Positions 27,804 through 39,248 of a stretch of 64,000 nt of DNA are shown here, in pieces. Position 1 is the stretch's first letter, and each line of letters opens with the position of its first letter. Source of the DNA: Spirochaetales bacterium. GTDB lineage: Bacteria; Spirochaetota; Spirochaetia; Treponematales; UBA12059. The stretch is from the NCBI GenBank assembly GCA_016928955.1, contig JAFGJV010000010.1, positions 1-64,000 of the forward strand, read 5' to 3'. The notes beneath the pieces were generated by a model. The model was not told the DNA's origin, did no database searches, and worked only from the letters and a program-made list of their open reading frames with translations. A program made the position numbers and the translations under genes.

Positions 27804-27838
27804 AGATCGCTACCTTCTTTCTTCCTGGATGCCCCGGC

Positions 27839-28288
27839 TCAAGGGGTTTCGACCTTGCCGCCGGCCTTCTCGATCTTGGCCTTGGCCTGGGCAGACACCT
27901 TGTCCACGGCGATGGTGAGGGCTTTCGTCAGCTCGCCGTCGCCAAGCACCTTGACGGGCTCGGTGGCCTTGCGTACCAGGCCCTTGGCGGCCAGGCTGTC
28001 GGCGTTGACGGTTTCCCCCGCGGCGTAGCGGGTCTCAACGTCGGCCAGGTTCACGATCTGGTACTCGGTGCGGAAGTTCTTGTTGTTGAAGCCGCGGTGG
28101 GCCAGGCGCCTGTACAGGGGCATCTGACCGCCCTCAAAGCCCGGGTAGGTCTTGCCTCCCGAGCGGGACTGCTGGCCCTTGTTGCCGCGACCGGCCGTGC
28201 CGCCAAGGCCTGAGCCCTGGCCGCGGCCGACTATCTTCTTCTTGTGCGTTGCGCCCTCGGGCGGATGCAGCTCAAAATCCGACATCAC
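27839..28288 (-). CDS. rplO: 50S ribosomal protein L15
   Basis: [20 protein letters not shown]. Confidence 0.97.
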   Translation of the reverse strand: MMSDFELHPPEGATHKKKIVGRGQGSGLGGTAGRGNKGQQSRSGGKTYPGFEGGQMPLYRRLAHRGFNNKNFRTEYQIVNLADVETRYAAGETVNADSLAAKGLVRKATEPVKVLGDGELTKALTIAVDKVSAQAKAKIEKAGGKVETP

Positions 28289-28488
28289 TTCTTCTCCTTG
28301 GAACCCTCGTAGGGAGTAACCTCGACGAGGTGGGAGACCGCGGCCACCATGCCGAGCACGGCGGGAGTGGCCTCCTTGACGGTCACGGAGCTGATCTTGC
28401 GGAGGCCGAGCGAGCGCACGGTGGCGCGCTGCTCGGGCTTGCGGCCTATGACGCTCTTTACGAGCTTGATCTGGATCTTGTCGGCCAT
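28285..28488 (-). CDS. rpmD: 50S ribosomal protein L30
   Basis: [10 protein letters not shown]...[12 protein letters not shown]; position between rpsE and rplO. Confidence 0.95.
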   Translation of the reverse strand: MADKIQIKLVKSVIGRKPEQRATVRSLGLRKISSVTVKEATPAVLGMVAAVSHLVEVTPYEGSKEKK

Positions 28489-28492
28489 CGCA

Positions 28493-29002
28493 TTAACCCC
28501 ACATATCCTTGAGCGTCTTGCCGCGGACGTGAGCCACGGCCCTGGCGTCCATGATGCCTTCAATGCCGTCGAAAACGGCGCGCACCACGTTGATGGCGGT
28601 GCGGCTGCCCACGGTCTTGGCCAGGATGTCGGTGACGCCGCCGGCTTCCATGATGGCGCGCACGGCGCCGCCGGCGATGATGCCAGAGCCCGGGCAGGCC
28701 GGCTTCATGATGACGCGGGAAGCCTTGTACTCGCCCACAACGTCGTGCGGGATGGTACCGTTCTTCACCGGCAGTTTCACCATGCTGCGCTTGGCCTTCT
28801 CGATGCTCTTCCTAATGGCCTCGGTGACGTCGTTCGCCTTGCCGAAGCCGTAACCCACGTTGCCGGTCCTGTCGCCCACCACGGTGAGAGCCGAGAAGGA
28901 GAACCTGCGTCCGCCCTTCACAACCTTGGCGGTCCGGTTCAGCTTTACCAGCTTCTCGATGTAGATATCGCGGGAGCGGTCGTCCCTGTCTCTCCTATCC
29001 AC
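28493..29002 (-). CDS. rpsE: 30S ribosomal protein S5
   Basis: [18 protein letters not shown]. Confidence 0.97.
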   Translation of the reverse strand: MDRRDRDDRSRDIYIEKLVKLNRTAKVVKGGRRFSFSALTVVGDRTGNVGYGFGKANDVTEAIRKSIEKAKRSMVKLPVKNGTIPHDVVGEYKASRVIMKPACPGSGIIAGGAVRAIMEAGGVTDILAKTVGSRTAINVVRAVFDGIEGIMDARAVAHVRGKTLKDMWG

Positions 29003-29011
29003 ATGGTCCCC

Positions 29012-29377
29012 CTAGAATTTGATCCCGGCCTTGCGGGTGGCATCGGCGATGGCTTTGACAACCCCGTGGTACTTGTACCCGTTGCGGTCGAACACCACGG
29101 TGTCGATGTTCTTTTCCTTGAGGCGGGTGCCGACCAGCTCGCCGAGCTTGCCGCCGCCCTCCACGGTCGCCTTCACGCCCTTCATGGCCTCCTCCAGGGT
29201 GCTTGCGGCCACAAGGGTGCTGCCCTTGTCGTCGTCGATCACCTGCACGTAGAGGTAGCGGTTGGACTTGAAAACGGTCATCCGCGGGCGCTCCGCGGTG
29301 CCTTCTATGGTCTGGCGGACATGGACCTTGCGGGCCCCCCGCCTTCGGTTCTTGTCTAAAAGTTCTTTCGTGCTCAT
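29012..29377 (-). CDS. rplR: 50S ribosomal protein L18
   Basis: RPRMTVFKSN, VVFDRNGYKYHG. Confidence 0.97.
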   Translation of the reverse strand: MSTKELLDKNRRRGARKVHVRQTIEGTAERPRMTVFKSNRYLYVQVIDDDKGSTLVAASTLEEAMKGVKATVEGGGKLGELVGTRLKEKNIDTVVFDRNGYKYHGVVKAIADATRKAGIKF

Positions 29378-29386
29378 GGCCGTCCC

Positions 29387-29932
29387 TTACTTCACGCCGG
29401 TCTTGCCGACCTTCTTGCGAATGGTCTCCGTCTCGTAGCGGATGCCCTTGCCCTTGTACGGCTCAGGCTTGCGGAGACTGCGGATCTCGCTGGCGAATTT
29501 GCCGACGAGCTGCCTGTTCGTTCCGGACACGACGATCTTCTGGTTGTTGTTCTCGATGGCCACGGCCAGCCCTTCCGGGATGCCCACGTAGACATCGCTG
29601 GAATAGCCCAGGCTGAGCACCAGGAGCTTGCCCTGAACTTCGGCCTTGAAGCCCACGCCGTTGACGATCAGGGCCTTTGAAAAGCCCGAGGTCACGCCAA
29701 CGACCATGTTATCGATCAGCTTGCGGTACAGGCCATGGAAGGCCTTGGTCTGTTTCTCGTCGTTGGCCCTGTCGACCGACACGACGTCGTCCTTGACGCT
29801 GATGGTGATCAGCGACGTGGCCAGCTCCTCATGGAGCTTGCCCTTGGGGCCTTCCACGCTCACCGTGCTACCTTGCACGGCTACCTTCACGCCCTTAGGC
29901 ACGTTAATCGGCTTATAGCCTATCCTCGACAT
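29387..29932 (-). CDS. rplF: 50S ribosomal protein L6
   Basis: MSRIG, PEPYKGKGIRY. Confidence 0.97.
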   Translation of the reverse strand: MSRIGYKPINVPKGVKVAVQGSTVSVEGPKGKLHEELATSLITISVKDDVVSVDRANDEKQTKAFHGLYRKLIDNMVVGVTSGFSKALIVNGVGFKAEVQGKLLVLSLGYSSDVYVGIPEGLAVAIENNNQKIVVSGTNRQLVGKFASEIRSLRKPEPYKGKGIRYETETIRKKVGKTGVK

Positions 29933-29948
29933 GGCGGTTCCCCTCTTC

Positions 29949-30347
29949 TTACCAAACGGTGCAGATCAGCTCGCCGCCGACCTTTTTCTCGACGGCTTTC
30001 CTGCCGGTGGTGACGCCGTCCGAGGTGGAAACGATGAGCGTGCCGTAGCCGTTGTAGACGCGTGGCATGCTCTTGTAGCCGGTATAGACGCGCCGCCCGG
30101 GCCGGGACACCTTCTCGATGCCATGGAGTATGGGCTCTTCCTGCTCGTTATACTTGAGGAAGACGCGTATGTAATTCTGACCTTCCTGCACGATCTTCTT
30201 GAAGTTCTTGATGTAGCCCTCAGTCTTGAGGATCTTTACGATCTCGAGCTTCATGCGCGAGGTAGGGATATCCACCTTCTCATGGCGGGCCATGCTCGCG
30301 TTGCGGACTTTGGTCAGCATGTCGGAGATGGGATCGGAAACGCTCAT
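29949..30347 (-). CDS. rpsH: 30S ribosomal protein S8
   Basis: [27 protein letters not shown]. Confidence 0.97.
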   Translation of the reverse strand: MSVSDPISDMLTKVRNASMARHEKVDIPTSRMKLEIVKILKTEGYIKNFKKIVQEGQNYIRVFLKYNEQEEPILHGIEKVSRPGRRVYTGYKSMPRVYNGYGTLIVSTSDGVTTGRKAVEKKVGGELICTVW

Positions 30348-30357
30348 TCCAGTCCTC

Positions 30358-30543
30358 CTACCAGCTTGATTTGGTGACGCCCGGAATGAGGCCTTCGCTG
30401 GCGAGCTTCCGGAAACAAATACGGCACATATCGAACTTGCGCAGGTAACCGCGCGGCCTGCCGCAAATCTTGCAGCGGTTCACGTGCCTGGTCATATACT
30501 TGGGCTTGGCGAGCGCCTTAAGTATCATCGCTTTCCTGGCCAT
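30358..30543 (-). CDS. rpsN: 30S ribosomal protein S14 (type Z)
   Basis: [11 protein letters not shown]...CRICFR...PGVTKSSW. Confidence 0.96.
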   Translation of the reverse strand: MARKAMILKALAKPKYMTRHVNRCKICGRPRGYLRKFDMCRICFRKLASEGLIPGVTKSSW

Positions 30544-30553
30544 TGTATCTCCC

Positions 30554-31117
30554 TTACTTCCTGAACGGCATGCCCATTTTGGCAAGAAGGCTTTTGGCTT
30601 CCTTGTCCGTGCGGGCGCTCGTCACGATGGCCACGTTCATGCCCATCACCTTCTCGATCTTATCGTAGTCGATCTCCGGGAAGATGATCTGCTCGGTCAG
30701 GCCCATTGAGTAGTTCCCGTGGCCGTCAAACGCGTTCGGATTGACGCCGCGGAAGTCCTTCACGCGCGGCAGGGCCACGTTCATGAGGCGGTCCATGAAC
30801 TCCCACATGTGGGCGCCGCGCAGGGTCACGCGGCAGCCTATTTCCTGGCCTTCGCGGATCTTGAACGTGGCTATGGACTTGCGGGCCTTGGTCTTTACGG
30901 CCTTCTGCCCGGTGATGATGCCTATGTCGTTCACGGCGGCGTCAAGGATCTTCTTGTTCTCCTTGGCCTCACCCACGCCCATGGACACAATCACCTTGAC
31001 GAGCCTGGGAACCTGCATGTCGGAGGAATACGAGTACTCCTTCTTGAGGTCGGGCGCCACCGTCTGGGCGTATATCGTCTTGAGGCGCGGAACGTAGGCG
31101 GTTTTCTTTTCAGCCAT
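30554..31117 (-). CDS. rplE: 50S ribosomal protein L5
   Basis: [21 protein letters not shown]. Confidence 0.97.
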   Translation of the reverse strand: MAEKKTAYVPRLKTIYAQTVAPDLKKEYSYSSDMQVPRLVKVIVSMGVGEAKENKKILDAAVNDIGIITGQKAVKTKARKSIATFKIREGQEIGCRVTLRGAHMWEFMDRLMNVALPRVKDFRGVNPNAFDGHGNYSMGLTEQIIFPEIDYDKIEKVMGMNVAIVTSARTDKEAKSLLAKMGMPFRK

Positions 31118-31440
31118 CAAAGGGCCTCCCCGCACTTCCGGCAAACGCGTTTCTTGGCGTCGCCTTCAATCTTATACCCGATCCTGGTGGGGCCGCACTT
31201 CTTGCAGACGATCATCATGTTGGACAGGCGTATGGGCGCCTCGATCTCCACAATGCCGCCGCGGTCGTTCTGCGAGCGCTTGCGCATGGCCTTCTTGACC
31301 ATGTTGAGGCCCTGCACGATGGCGCGTCCCTTGGCCAGGTCGATCTTGACGACCTTGCCCTGCTTGCCCCTCTCCTTGCCGGAGATGACCTGCACGGTGT
31401 CGTCCTTCTTAAGCTTGGTCGTGTGCTTCTGGTCTATCAT
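31117..31440 (-). CDS. rplX: 50S ribosomal protein L24
   Basis: [21 protein letters not shown] motif. Confidence 0.96.
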   Translation of the reverse strand: MIDQKHTTKLKKDDTVQVISGKERGKQGKVVKIDLAKGRAIVQGLNMVKKAMRKRSQNDRGGIVEIEAPIRLSNMMIVCKKCGPTRIGYKIEGDAKKRVCRKCGEAL

Positions 31441-31450
31441 CGCGCGCTCC

Positions 31451-31819
31451 TTACAGTACCTCGGGGGCCAGCGACACGATCTTCATGTAGTCCTTGTCGC
31501 GCAGCTCGCGCGCCACCGGACCGAAGATACGCTTGCCCTTCGGGTTCTTGTTCGCGTCGATGATGACGCAAGCGTTGTCATCGAACCGTATGTACGTTCC
31601 GTCCGGGCGGCGGTATTCCTTGTGCACCCTGACGATAACGGCCTTTTCCACGGTTCCCTTCTTGATGGCGGAGTTCGGGAGGACGTCTTTGACGGCCACC
31701 ACGATGATATCCCCCACCGAGGCGTAGCGCCGCTTGGAACCGCCCAGCACCTTGATGCACTGGACGCTCCTGGCGCCGGAATTGTCGGCCACATTCAGCC
31801 TTGATTCTACCTGTATCAT
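31451..31819 (-). CDS. rplN: 50S ribosomal protein L14
   Basis: VADNSGA, IRFDDNA, SLAPEVL. Confidence 0.98.
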   Translation of the reverse strand: MIQVESRLNVADNSGARSVQCIKVLGGSKRRYASVGDIIVVAVKDVLPNSAIKKGTVEKAVIVRVHKEYRRPDGTYIRFDDNACVIIDANKNPKGKRIFGPVARELRDKDYMKIVSLAPEVL

Positions 31820-31837
31820 GTCGTTTCCCCCGGCCCT

Positions 31838-32101
31838 CTACCTGGCCCGCTCGACGATTTCGGCGAGCCTCCAGCGCTTGTCCCTGGACAAGGGCCTGGT
31901 TTCCTCGACGCGCACGGTGTCACCCACCTTGGCGTCGTTGGTTTCGTCATGAGCCTTCACCTTGTTGCTCCGGGTGAGGTACTTCTTGTACAGCGGGTGC
32001 AGCTTTCGCATCATGATCTCGACGACGATGGTCTTGTCCATCTTGTCGCTCACCACGATGCCCTGCAGGACCTGCTTGTCTTTCCTGGTCTTGGCTTCCA
32101 T
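31838..32101 (-). CDS. rpsQ: 30S ribosomal protein S17
   Basis: [18 protein letters not shown]. Confidence 0.97.
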   Translation of the reverse strand: MEAKTRKDKQVLQGIVVSDKMDKTIVVEIMMRKLHPLYKKYLTRSNKVKAHDETNDAKVGDTVRVEETRPLSRDKRWRLAEIVERAR

Positions 32102-32117
32102 CTATCCCGCTCCTCGC

Positions 32118-32330
32118 TTAGGCCTTGGCCGCCGTGGCGGCTTCGGTCCGTTCGCGCTGGCAAATCAGGGTGTTGAGCCTGGCTATCTGCCTGCGCAGGT
32201 TCCGCTTCTGGAGCGGATTGTCGACATGGCCCACGACCATCTGGATGCGAAGGTCGAAATATTTCTTCCTGAGCTCCTCGCGCTTGGCCGTGAGCTCGTC
32301 GAGCTTGAGCTCCTTGAACGAGTTCTTCAT
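32118..32330 (-). CDS. rpmC: 50S ribosomal protein L29
   Basis: MKNSFKEL...[10 protein letters not shown]; position between rplP and rpsQ. Confidence 0.93.
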   Translation of the reverse strand: MKNSFKELKLDELTAKREELRKKYFDLRIQMVVGHVDNPLQKRNLRRQIARLNTLICQRERTEAATAAKA

Positions 32331-32334
32331 TCGA

Positions 32335-32757
32335 TCACTCCATCTCCATGTCGGCACGGACCACAAACCGGGTCTTGATGGGCAGTTTGGACCCGGCCAG
32401 GCGCATGGCCTCTGCCGCGGTTTCCCTGGGGACGCCGGCCAGTTCGAACATGACGGTGCCGGGCTTGACCACGGCCACCCACCACTCGGGACCGCCCTTG
32501 CCCTTGCCCTGGCGCGTCTCGAGCGGCTTCTTGCTGTACGGCTTGTCCGGGAAAATGCGGATCCACAGCTTACCGCCGCGCTTGATGTAGCGGTTGAGGG
32601 CCACGCGGGCGGCCTCAAGCTGGCGGTTGGTGATCCACATGGGCTCCTGGCACATGAGGCCGTATTCGCCGAACGAAACCTCGTTGCCGCCGGTGGCTTC
32701 CCCCTTGGGTCGGCCGCGCTGTACCTTGCGGTGCTTAACTCTCTTGGGTGCAAGCAT
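32335..32757 (-). CDS. rplP: 50S ribosomal protein L16
   Basis: [22 protein letters not shown]. Confidence 0.97.
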   Translation of the reverse strand: MLAPKRVKHRKVQRGRPKGEATGGNEVSFGEYGLMCQEPMWITNRQLEAARVALNRYIKRGGKLWIRIFPDKPYSKKPLETRQGKGKGGPEWWVAVVKPGTVMFELAGVPRETAAEAMRLAGSKLPIKTRFVVRADMEME

Positions 32758-32760
32758 GGC

Positions 32761-33543
32761 TCAGCTCCTCGCCTCACGCGGCGCGCGGCCGCCTCTGTCA
32801 CCGGACCTGGGGGCGCGCGAACCGCGCTCGCCTGAGCGCTCGGAGCGCTCGCCGTGTTCGCGGCGCGCGCGGCCGGGCATGAGGCCGGCGTCATCTTTCT
32901 TGTCGCCCGTGAGGGCGTTGTCGCTCTTGCAGATCCACACCTTGACGCCGATCTTGCCGTACGTTGTGTTGGCCTCGTAGAAGCCGTAGTCGATGTCGGC
33001 GCGGAGGGTATGGAGCGGCACGCGGCCTTCCTTGTACTCCTCGGTGCGGCTCATGTCGGCGCCGCCAAGGCGGCCGGACATGCGGACCTTGCAGCCCTGG
33101 GCGCCGCCCTTCATGGCGTTGCCTACGGCCATCTTCATGGTGCGGCGGAACGAACCGCGCCCCTCGAGCTGGCGGCACACGCCCTGGGCAACGATCTGCG
33201 CGTTGGTCTCGATCTTCTTCACTTCCTTGATCTTGATGTTGATCTTCTTGGAAGCGTACTTCTGGAGCTCGAGACCTATGCGCTCTATGTTGGCGCCCTT
33301 CTGGCCGATGAGCACGCCGGGCTTGGCCGTGTGGATGACGATGGTCACCTTCTGCGGATGCCTGACGATCTCTATCTCTGATATGTCGGCGCCACGCGCC
33401 TCCGGGAGCTCATACATGCGCTTGCGCAGGTTGAGATCCTCGTGGAGGGTCTTGGCATAGTCGCGCGGATCCACGTACCAGCGAGACTTCCAGTCCTTGT
33501 TGATGCCGATGCGCAGGCCGATCGGATTGACTTTCTGTCCCAC
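32761..33543 (-). CDS. rpsC: 30S ribosomal protein S3
   Basis: [24 protein letters not shown]. Confidence 0.97.
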   Translation of the reverse strand: MGQKVNPIGLRIGINKDWKSRWYVDPRDYAKTLHEDLNLRKRMYELPEARGADISEIEIVRHPQKVTIVIHTAKPGVLIGQKGANIERIGLELQKYASKKINIKIKEVKKIETNAQIVAQGVCRQLEGRGSFRRTMKMAVGNAMKGGAQGCKVRMSGRLGGADMSRTEEYKEGRVPLHTLRADIDYGFYEANTTYGKIGVKVWICKSDNALTGDKKDDAGLMPGRARREHGERSERSGERGSRAPRSGDRGGRAPREARS

Positions 33544-33544
33544 G

Positions 33545-33916
33545 TTACGCCTCCGCCCTTGCGATTTCGTCGACGACCACGGATATGTGGCACATCTGCT
33601 TGACCAGCATGTCGGCGCGGCCGCGGGCGCGGAACCACACGCGTCGCATGCGGGGACCTTCGTTCACCTGTATCTCTTTGACGTACAGCATGTCCTCGCC
33701 CAGCTTGCGGTTCTTGTTGAGCGCGTTAGCCGCGGCGGACATGACCACCTTGCGTATGAGCCGAGCGCCTTTGTGGGGCATGTTGTCCAGTATGGACACC
33801 GCCGTGGTGTACGGCTTGTTGCGGACCAGATCCGCAACCGGCCTAATCTTGGACGGCGACCCCATCAGGTACTTGGCGCAAGCCGGAAACCCGGATTTCT
33901 TTTCCATCTTGCTCAC
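33545..33916 (-). CDS. rplV: 50S ribosomal protein L22
   Basis: [19 protein letters not shown]. Confidence 0.95.
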   Translation of the reverse strand: MSKMEKKSGFPACAKYLMGSPSKIRPVADLVRNKPYTTAVSILDNMPHKGARLIRKVVMSAAANALNKNRKLGEDMLYVKEIQVNEGPRMRRVWFRARGRADMLVKQMCHISVVVDEIARAEA

Positions 33917-34195
33917 CTACTTCCCGGCTTTCTTGTCCGAGCCCGAATGGCCGCGGAACACACGGGTGGGCGCAAACTCGCCGAGCTTGTGCCCGACAAG
34001 GTTTTCGGTCACGTAGACCGGCACCCAGCTCTTGCCATTGTGGACGGACAGGGTAATGCCGACCATTTCGGGAATGATGGTCGAGCAGCGGGAGAAGGTC
34101 TTGATGACCTTCTTGTCCCCTGCCTTGGCCGCATCGACCACCTTCTTGTACAGGCTCTTCTCTATGAACGGGCCCTTCTTTACTGACCTGGACAT
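33917..34195 (-). CDS. rpsS: 30S ribosomal protein S19
   Basis: [19 protein letters not shown]. Confidence 0.98.
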   Translation of the reverse strand: MSRSVKKGPFIEKSLYKKVVDAAKAGDKKVIKTFSRCSTIIPEMVGITLSVHNGKSWVPVYVTENLVGHKLGEFAPTRVFRGHSGSDKKAGK

Positions 34196-34211
34196 GGTTG
34201 GCTCCTATCCC

Positions 34212-35039
34212 TTACTTGCGGCGCTTCACGATGAAGCGGCTGGACGGCTTGTGAGGATCGCGCGTCTTGTAACCCTTACAAGGCTGGCCCCATGGGGTGA
34301 CCGGCTGCTTGTAACCCTTGCCGCGGCCCTCGCCGCCGCCGTGCGGGTGATCCACCGGGTTCATAGCGACGCCTCGCACACGCGGGCGCTTGCCGAGCCA
34401 GCGGACGCGGCCCGCCTTGCCCATGCGCTCGTTCATGTGGTCCTCGTTGCCGACGCTACCGATGGTGGCCATGCACTTCTTGAAGACCAGCCTGAGCTCG
34501 TTGGACGGAAGCTTGAGCGTGACGTAGTCGCCGTCGGTACCGACGATCAGCGCGCCGGCTCCGGCCGAGCGGGCCATCTGGGCGCCGCGGCCGAGGTTCA
34601 GCTCGACGTTGTGCACCGTGAAGCCCACGGGGATCTTCTCAAGCGGCAGGGCGTTACCCACCTCAATGGGGGCCTCGGGGCCGCTCATGATCTTCTGTCC
34701 CACAGCCAGCCCCTTGGGGCTGATGATGTAGCGCTTCTCACCGTCCGAGTAGTTCACAAGGGCGATGTTGGCAGAGCGGTTCGGGTCGTACTCGATGGAG
34801 GCGATGGTGCCCGGCACGCCGTGCTTGTCGCGCTTCCAGTCGATCAGGCGGTACTTGCGCTTGTGTCCGCCGCCCTTGCGGCGAACCGATATGCGGCCGT
34901 TGGACGCGCGTCCTGCGGACTGCTTCTTGCCCTGGGTGAGCGCCTTCTGGGGCTCGTTGCCGAGGGTGAGCTCTTCGTTCACCACCTGCACCCGGTGCCT
35001 GAGTCCGGGGGTTATCGGCCTGAAAGTCTTGATAGCCAT
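34212..35039 (-). CDS. rplB: 50S ribosomal protein L2
   Basis: [21 protein letters not shown]. Confidence 0.98.
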   Translation of the reverse strand: MAIKTFRPITPGLRHRVQVVNEELTLGNEPQKALTQGKKQSAGRASNGRISVRRKGGGHKRKYRLIDWKRDKHGVPGTIASIEYDPNRSANIALVNYSDGEKRYIISPKGLAVGQKIMSGPEAPIEVGNALPLEKIPVGFTVHNVELNLGRGAQMARSAGAGALIVGTDGDYVTLKLPSNELRLVFKKCMATIGSVGNEDHMNERMGKAGRVRWLGKRPRVRGVAMNPVDHPHGGGEGRGKGYKQPVTPWGQPCKGYKTRDPHKPSSRFIVKRRK

Positions 35040-35057
35040 AATGTTCCCCTATCCTTC

Positions 35058-35342
35058 TTAGGCGCCTTCAAAGGCCTTGATGGTCTCGCCCTTGGCGAGC
35101 TTGACAATGGCCTTTTTCCAGGAAGACGTGTAGCCCGAGCGATATCGAACGCGCTTGGGCTTGCCCTTGACATTCATGATGGAGCAGGAGACCGGATGCA
35201 CGTTGAACATGCGGCGCACGGCTTCCAGGACCTGGGTCTTGTCAGCGCGCTGGTCCACGCGGAAGACGTACTTGCCTTCCTCGCGCATCAGGTTGGTCTT
35301 CTCGCTCAGCACCGGCTCTATAAGTATGCTGTCGTACTGCAT
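35058..35342 (-). CDS. rplW: 50S ribosomal protein L23
   Basis: PVLSEK, WKKAIVKL. Confidence 0.96.
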   Translation of the reverse strand: MQYDSILIEPVLSEKTNLMREEGKYVFRVDQRADKTQVLEAVRRMFNVHPVSCSIMNVKGKPKRVRYRSGYTSSWKKAIVKLAKGETIKAFEGA

Positions 35343-35354
35343 TCCGGGCCTTCC

Positions 35355-35990
35355 TTACTTGTCCGCGTAAAAATCGTTCAGGCTCTTGACCGCGGACTCC
35401 ATGACAAGCACGGTTCGCCCGTAGAAAAGGTCGTGAGCCCGGAGGCGGTTGTACGAGAGGAAGTGGAGCCACGGGATATTGCGCCCCGCGCGCTTCACCA
35501 TGCCGTCGTCATCCTTGAGGATGACCACGGTCCGCTCGGCCTTGTCCTGCGGCAGGAAATTCTTGAGGATGGCGGCCAAATCCTTGGTCTTGCCATTCTC
35601 GATGGTGAAGTCCTCCACCACCTTCATGGAGGCGTTCTGGGCCTTGAGGCTCAGGATGCTCTTCATGGCCAGGCGCTTGGCCTTCTTGGGCATGGAGTAC
35701 GAATAGTCGCGCGGATGCGGACCGAACACGATGCCGCCGCCCACGTACTGGGGAGCCTTGACGTCACCCTGGCGGGCGCGGCCGGTTCCCTTCTGTCCGA
35801 AAGGCTTGCGGTTGGTTCCATGAACCTCCGCGCGGGTCTTGGTGTCGGCGGTGCCGACGCGCATATTGGCAAGCTCGTTGTTGATGGCGTACCAGATCAC
35901 GTCCTCGTTGACCGGCAGGCCAAAGACCTTGTCGGACAGCTCGACGCTCCGGAGCTCCTTGCCTTGTACGGAAAAGACTTTGCTTTCCAT
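35355..35990 (-). CDS. rplD: 50S ribosomal protein L4
   Basis: [25 protein letters not shown]. Confidence 0.97.
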   Translation of the reverse strand: MESKVFSVQGKELRSVELSDKVFGLPVNEDVIWYAINNELANMRVGTADTKTRAEVHGTNRKPFGQKGTGRARQGDVKAPQYVGGGIVFGPHPRDYSYSMPKKAKRLAMKSILSLKAQNASMKVVEDFTIENGKTKDLAAILKNFLPQDKAERTVVILKDDDGMVKRAGRNIPWLHFLSYNRLRAHDLFYGRTVLVMESAVKSLNDFYADK

Positions 35991-36002
35991 CTCAGTCTAT
36001 CC

Positions 36003-36629
36003 TCACTTCGCTTTCTTCACGGCGGAGCGCACCACCACAAGGGCGTTGCGGGGACCGGGGACGGCGCCGCGGATGACGATAAAGCCGTTTTCGGCGTCCA
36101 CGCGCAGGACCTTCAGGTTCTGGACGGTTACACGCTCATGGCCCATGTGTCCGGGGAGCTTGACATTCTTGAAGGACTTGTGCGGATAGGTGCTCTGGCC
36201 GGTGGAACCCGGTTCGCGGTGGAACTTGGAGCCGTGCGTGTTGCGACCGCCTCCGAAACCCCAGCGCTTGACCACGCCCTGAAAGCCCTTGCCCTTGCTG
36301 GTGGCCACGACGTCCACAAAGCGGGTGCCGTTGAACAGATCCACCCCGAGCGCCTGGCCGACCTCGACCTGGGCCGGGAAGTCGCGCATCTCGCGGACGA
36401 CCTTCTTGGGCGCAACCCCTTCAGGGAACTGGCCGGCGAAGGGCTTGGTCACGCGGACCTTCTTCATGTCCTGGACGCCGAGGATCACGGCATTGTAGCC
36501 GTCTTTCTCCTCGGTCTTCCGGCCTATGACCGTATTGGCCTCGACGGCGATGACCGTGGCCGGCGAAAGCCGTCCGGTTTCGTCGAAGACCTGGGTCATG
36601 CCGATCTTCTTTCCGATAAGTGCTAGCAT
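36003..36629 (-). CDS. rplC: 50S ribosomal protein L3
   Basis: [20 protein letters not shown]. Confidence 0.97.
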   Translation of the reverse strand: MLALIGKKIGMTQVFDETGRLSPATVIAVEANTVIGRKTEEKDGYNAVILGVQDMKKVRVTKPFAGQFPEGVAPKKVVREMRDFPAQVEVGQALGVDLFNGTRFVDVVATSKGKGFQGVVKRWGFGGGRNTHGSKFHREPGSTGQSTYPHKSFKNVKLPGHMGHERVTVQNLKVLRVDAENGFIVIRGAVPGPRNALVVVRSAVKKAK

Positions 36630-36672
36630 CGGTTTCTCCTAGCGTTGAACGGTACGGTACGAAACCGTCCGT

Positions 36673-36978
36673 TTACTGCTTGATTTCCACATCCACGCCG
36701 GCGGGCAGCTCGAGCTTCATCAGCGCGTCCATCACGTCGGGCGTAGGGCTCAGAATGTCGATCAGTCGCTTGTGCGTCCGCATCTCGAACTGCTCGCGCG
36801 CCTTCTTATGGACGTGCGGCGACCGAAGCACGGTGTACTTGCTGATCTTGGTCGGGAGCGGAATCGGTCCCAACACCTTGGCCCCGGCCTTCTGGACGGT
36901 GCTGACGATGGACTTCGCGCTGTCGTCTATAAGGCGGACGTCGAAACCCCTGAGTCTGACACGGATCCTGTCTTTCAT
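36673..36978 (-). CDS. rpsJ: 30S ribosomal protein S10
   Basis: [34 protein letters not shown]. Confidence 0.97.
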   Translation of the reverse strand: MKDRIRVRLRGFDVRLIDDSAKSIVSTVQKAGAKVLGPIPLPTKISKYTVLRSPHVHKKAREQFEMRTHKRLIDILSPTPDVMDALMKLELPAGVDVEIKQ

Positions 36979-37147
36979 GTGTCCTCCAAAGAACGCTTGC
37001 GCCGGCGCATCCGGACCGTACCCTGGCGGGCGTGCCCGAAAACCCATGCGCTCGGGGTCGTGGAACCCCGCACAGCGAAACGCGGAACCCGCGATCGCGA
37101 CCGCCGCCCTGAACGGACGCCACGGCGCCCAGACGGACAGTCGGGGA

Positions 37148-37176
37148 ATAATGCCGGAACGGAGGAAAAATGTCAA
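37148..37176 (-). promoter_or_regulatory. sigma70-type promoter of the S10 operon
   Basis: TTGACA-17 nt-CATTAT. Confidence 0.65.
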
Positions 37177-37349
37177 GGGCCAGGAAACATTCGTGGCCTA
37201 TCGCCAGGTCTAAGGATCCTGCGCGCCAGGCGGGACCATGGCCAGGGGCAACAAAAGCCTCCCGGCGGCTTGCGATTGCCTTATGGAGCCGTTATGAGTA
37301 TCTATGACTGGAGTTTTTAGAGACCCTTTTATATGACACGGAGGATACC

Positions 37350-37898
37350 ATGAAAGTAGCAAGCCTGCTGTCCGGTTTCGTTCTTACGGCCATCCTGGCC
37401 TCCTGCGCCACCACACCGGCTGGCATGGGCCCCCTGGAGGTAGTGCCGGAAGTCGACCCTGTCCGCTATGCCGGACGCTGGTACGAAATTGCCCGGTTCC
37501 AGCACGGTTTTGAGAAGAGCATCGTGGGCGCCACGGCAGAGTACACCCTGCGGGACGACGGCACCATAGGCGTGGTCAACAGCGGCTTCAAGAAAACGCT
37601 GGACGGCCGGTATACATCGGTCAAGGCGGTGGCTCGGGTGCCCGACACAGCCGCCCCCGGCCGCCTTAAGGTAAAATTCTTCGGCCTGTTCGAGTCCGAC
37701 TACCTGATTTTTGGCCTGGACGCCGAGAACTACAGCTGGGCCCTGGTCGGCAACGACAGCAGGGATTACCTCTGGTTCCTGTCCAGAACCCCGGAAGTAG
37801 ACAGCCAAACCCTTGAAATGATGAAAAACATAGCCCTGGGGCAAGGGTATGACCTGTCTGGCCTCTACCTGGTGCCGCAAAAGGCCCGCGAGGACTGA
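37350..37898 (+). CDS. blc: Bacterial lipocalin lipoprotein
   Basis: Lipobox LASC, RYAGRWYEIAR, YLWFLSRTP. Confidence 0.9.
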   Translation: MKVASLLSGFVLTAILASCATTPAGMGPLEVVPEVDPVRYAGRWYEIARFQHGFEKSIVGATAEYTLRDDGTIGVVNSGFKKTLDGRYTSVKAVARVPDTAAPGRLKVKFFGLFESDYLIFGLDAENYSWALVGNDSRDYLWFLSRTPEVDSQTLEMMKNIALGQGYDLSGLYLVPQKARED

Positions 37899-37915
37899 AC
37901 GAGCCTACATAAACA

Positions 37916-37948
37916 CCTGGGCGGCCGCCTTACAGGCGGCCGCCCAGG
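37916..37948. terminator. Strong hairpin between convergent genes
   Basis: CCTGGGCGGCCGCCT-TAC-AGGCGGCCGCCCAGG perfect stem; no clear T tract. Confidence 0.65.
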
Positions 37949-37981
37949 CTCCTTGGATTCCGGTCGCTTCCAGCGCCTACC

Positions 37982-38815
37982 CTACTCTACGAGTATGCTC
38001 AAGGTTAGTTCGTCTCCCAGAATCTCCATCCCTTTTTCTATTTTGTAGGTGACGCTGTCCGACGTGCACTGGACGGGCAACATGACGAACTGCGCGGTGT
38101 CAACGTAGTTGCTGTCATCCAGAAACTGCTCCCTGCTCATGGACGCCAGGTCGGTCACCAGGAGGTAGAGCGTCGCGCCAGTCATGTCGAATTCCATCTG
38201 GAAGCCGCGGCGGCCCACTTTCAGCTCCCCGGACTCCTTGTGGAGTAGCTCGAACACGAGGTCGGGCCTGAAAACGAGCTTCCATTGGTCGTTTTCCATC
38301 ACCACCGTTTTGCCCGTCTCGTCCGACGTGGGGTTGAGTACGTATTTTATATACGACGACAGCGCGTCCTGCCCGCCGCCCTGGAGCCTCGCCAGATCCA
38401 GCTTGGCGCTCAAGCCCGTGGCCTTTTCCTCAACCTGGTATTCGATCCTGCCAGCGTTCTCTACCCCGTAGGCGCTGTACTCCTTGCCAGCCTGGAACAG
38501 GACAATCACCGTGGACGGCATAAGCACGTAGGTTTTCCCCGTGTCGTAACGTATGGCCAGGGTATGGGTCCCCGGCGCCAGACGCACGATCTGCTCAACC
38601 TTGGCCGCGTCCGTAACGGACCAGCCGACAGGGTCGTTGTCGACCTTGGATATCTGCAGGTAGGGGTGGATATACAGGGTGGCAAAGTCCCCGATATCCG
38701 CGTTGTCCGGGTTGTAATAGCCCCGGTCCACCGGTTCTGCCTTGACGCTTTCCGGAGCGCTCACGCACGACACAAGGGTAGCGCAGGCAAGCAGAAACGC
38801 CATTATCTTTTTCAT
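37982..38815 (-). CDS. Hypothetical lipoprotein
   Basis: MKKIMAFLLACATLVSC lipobox; AGGAGG SD. Confidence 0.75.
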   Translation of the reverse strand: MKKIMAFLLACATLVSCVSAPESVKAEPVDRGYYNPDNADIGDFATLYIHPYLQISKVDNDPVGWSVTDAAKVEQIVRLAPGTHTLAIRYDTGKTYVLMPSTVIVLFQAGKEYSAYGVENAGRIEYQVEEKATGLSAKLDLARLQGGGQDALSSYIKYVLNPTSDETGKTVVMENDQWKLVFRPDLVFELLHKESGELKVGRRGFQMEFDMTGATLYLLVTDLASMSREQFLDDSNYVDTAQFVMLPVQCTSDSVTYKIEKGMEILGDELTLSILVE

Positions 38816-38832
38816 ACGGTTCCTCCTGTGCA

Positions 38833-39213
38833 TTACCGGCTATCCGCCGGACGCCGTTCCTCCACAAACTGTATCCGTGTTCCGTCGGGATCTTCTATAT
38901 AGATGAAACGTATGCCCGGCCCCGGCTCGAACGGCCCCAGAACGGGTCCGGAATACGCGCCTTTCAAGTCGGACAGCTTGTCCTCCAGGGAAGCCACGGT
39001 AAAACCGAGCGACACGTCCTTGCCGTGGACCGGATCGGGGTTGTTGTTGTTCCTTATCAATTCAACCTGGGTGCCTCCCTTGCCCACGAAGGCGATACTT
39101 GTGCCCGGCACGGGCTCGAACCTGCGGTCAAGCTCCAGGCCGACCAGCTTTGTGTAGAAAGCGAGAGACGCGTCCAGGTCGGACACGTTCAGCGTTACCC
39201 AGCAAAATCCCAT
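38833..39213 (-). CDS. VOC/glyoxalase family protein
   Basis: LNVSDLDASLAFY, VELI, DPDGTRIQF. Confidence 0.85.
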   Translation of the reverse strand: MGFCWVTLNVSDLDASLAFYTKLVGLELDRRFEPVPGTSIAFVGKGGTQVELIRNNNNPDPVHGKDVSLGFTVASLEDKLSDLKGAYSGPVLGPFEPGPGIRFIYIEDPDGTRIQFVEERRPADSR

Positions 39214-39248
39214 GGCATGCTCCAATCCGCCCGGCTGAATCCGGGCGC

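Noticed and set aside
34032..36626. 864-aa plus-strand ORF
   Set aside because: Antisense shadow of rpsS-rplB-rplW-rplD-rplC; strong GC3 bias removes stops on the opposite strand and the translation has no recognisable motif.
36673..37176. N-terminal extensions given by the ORF track for rpsJ (also tuf, rplE, rpsN, rpmC, rpmD, ispF, pgl, LarA, pruA)
   Set aside because: Upstream in-frame TTG/GTG codons; family N termini and SD or promoter positions support the shorter starts.
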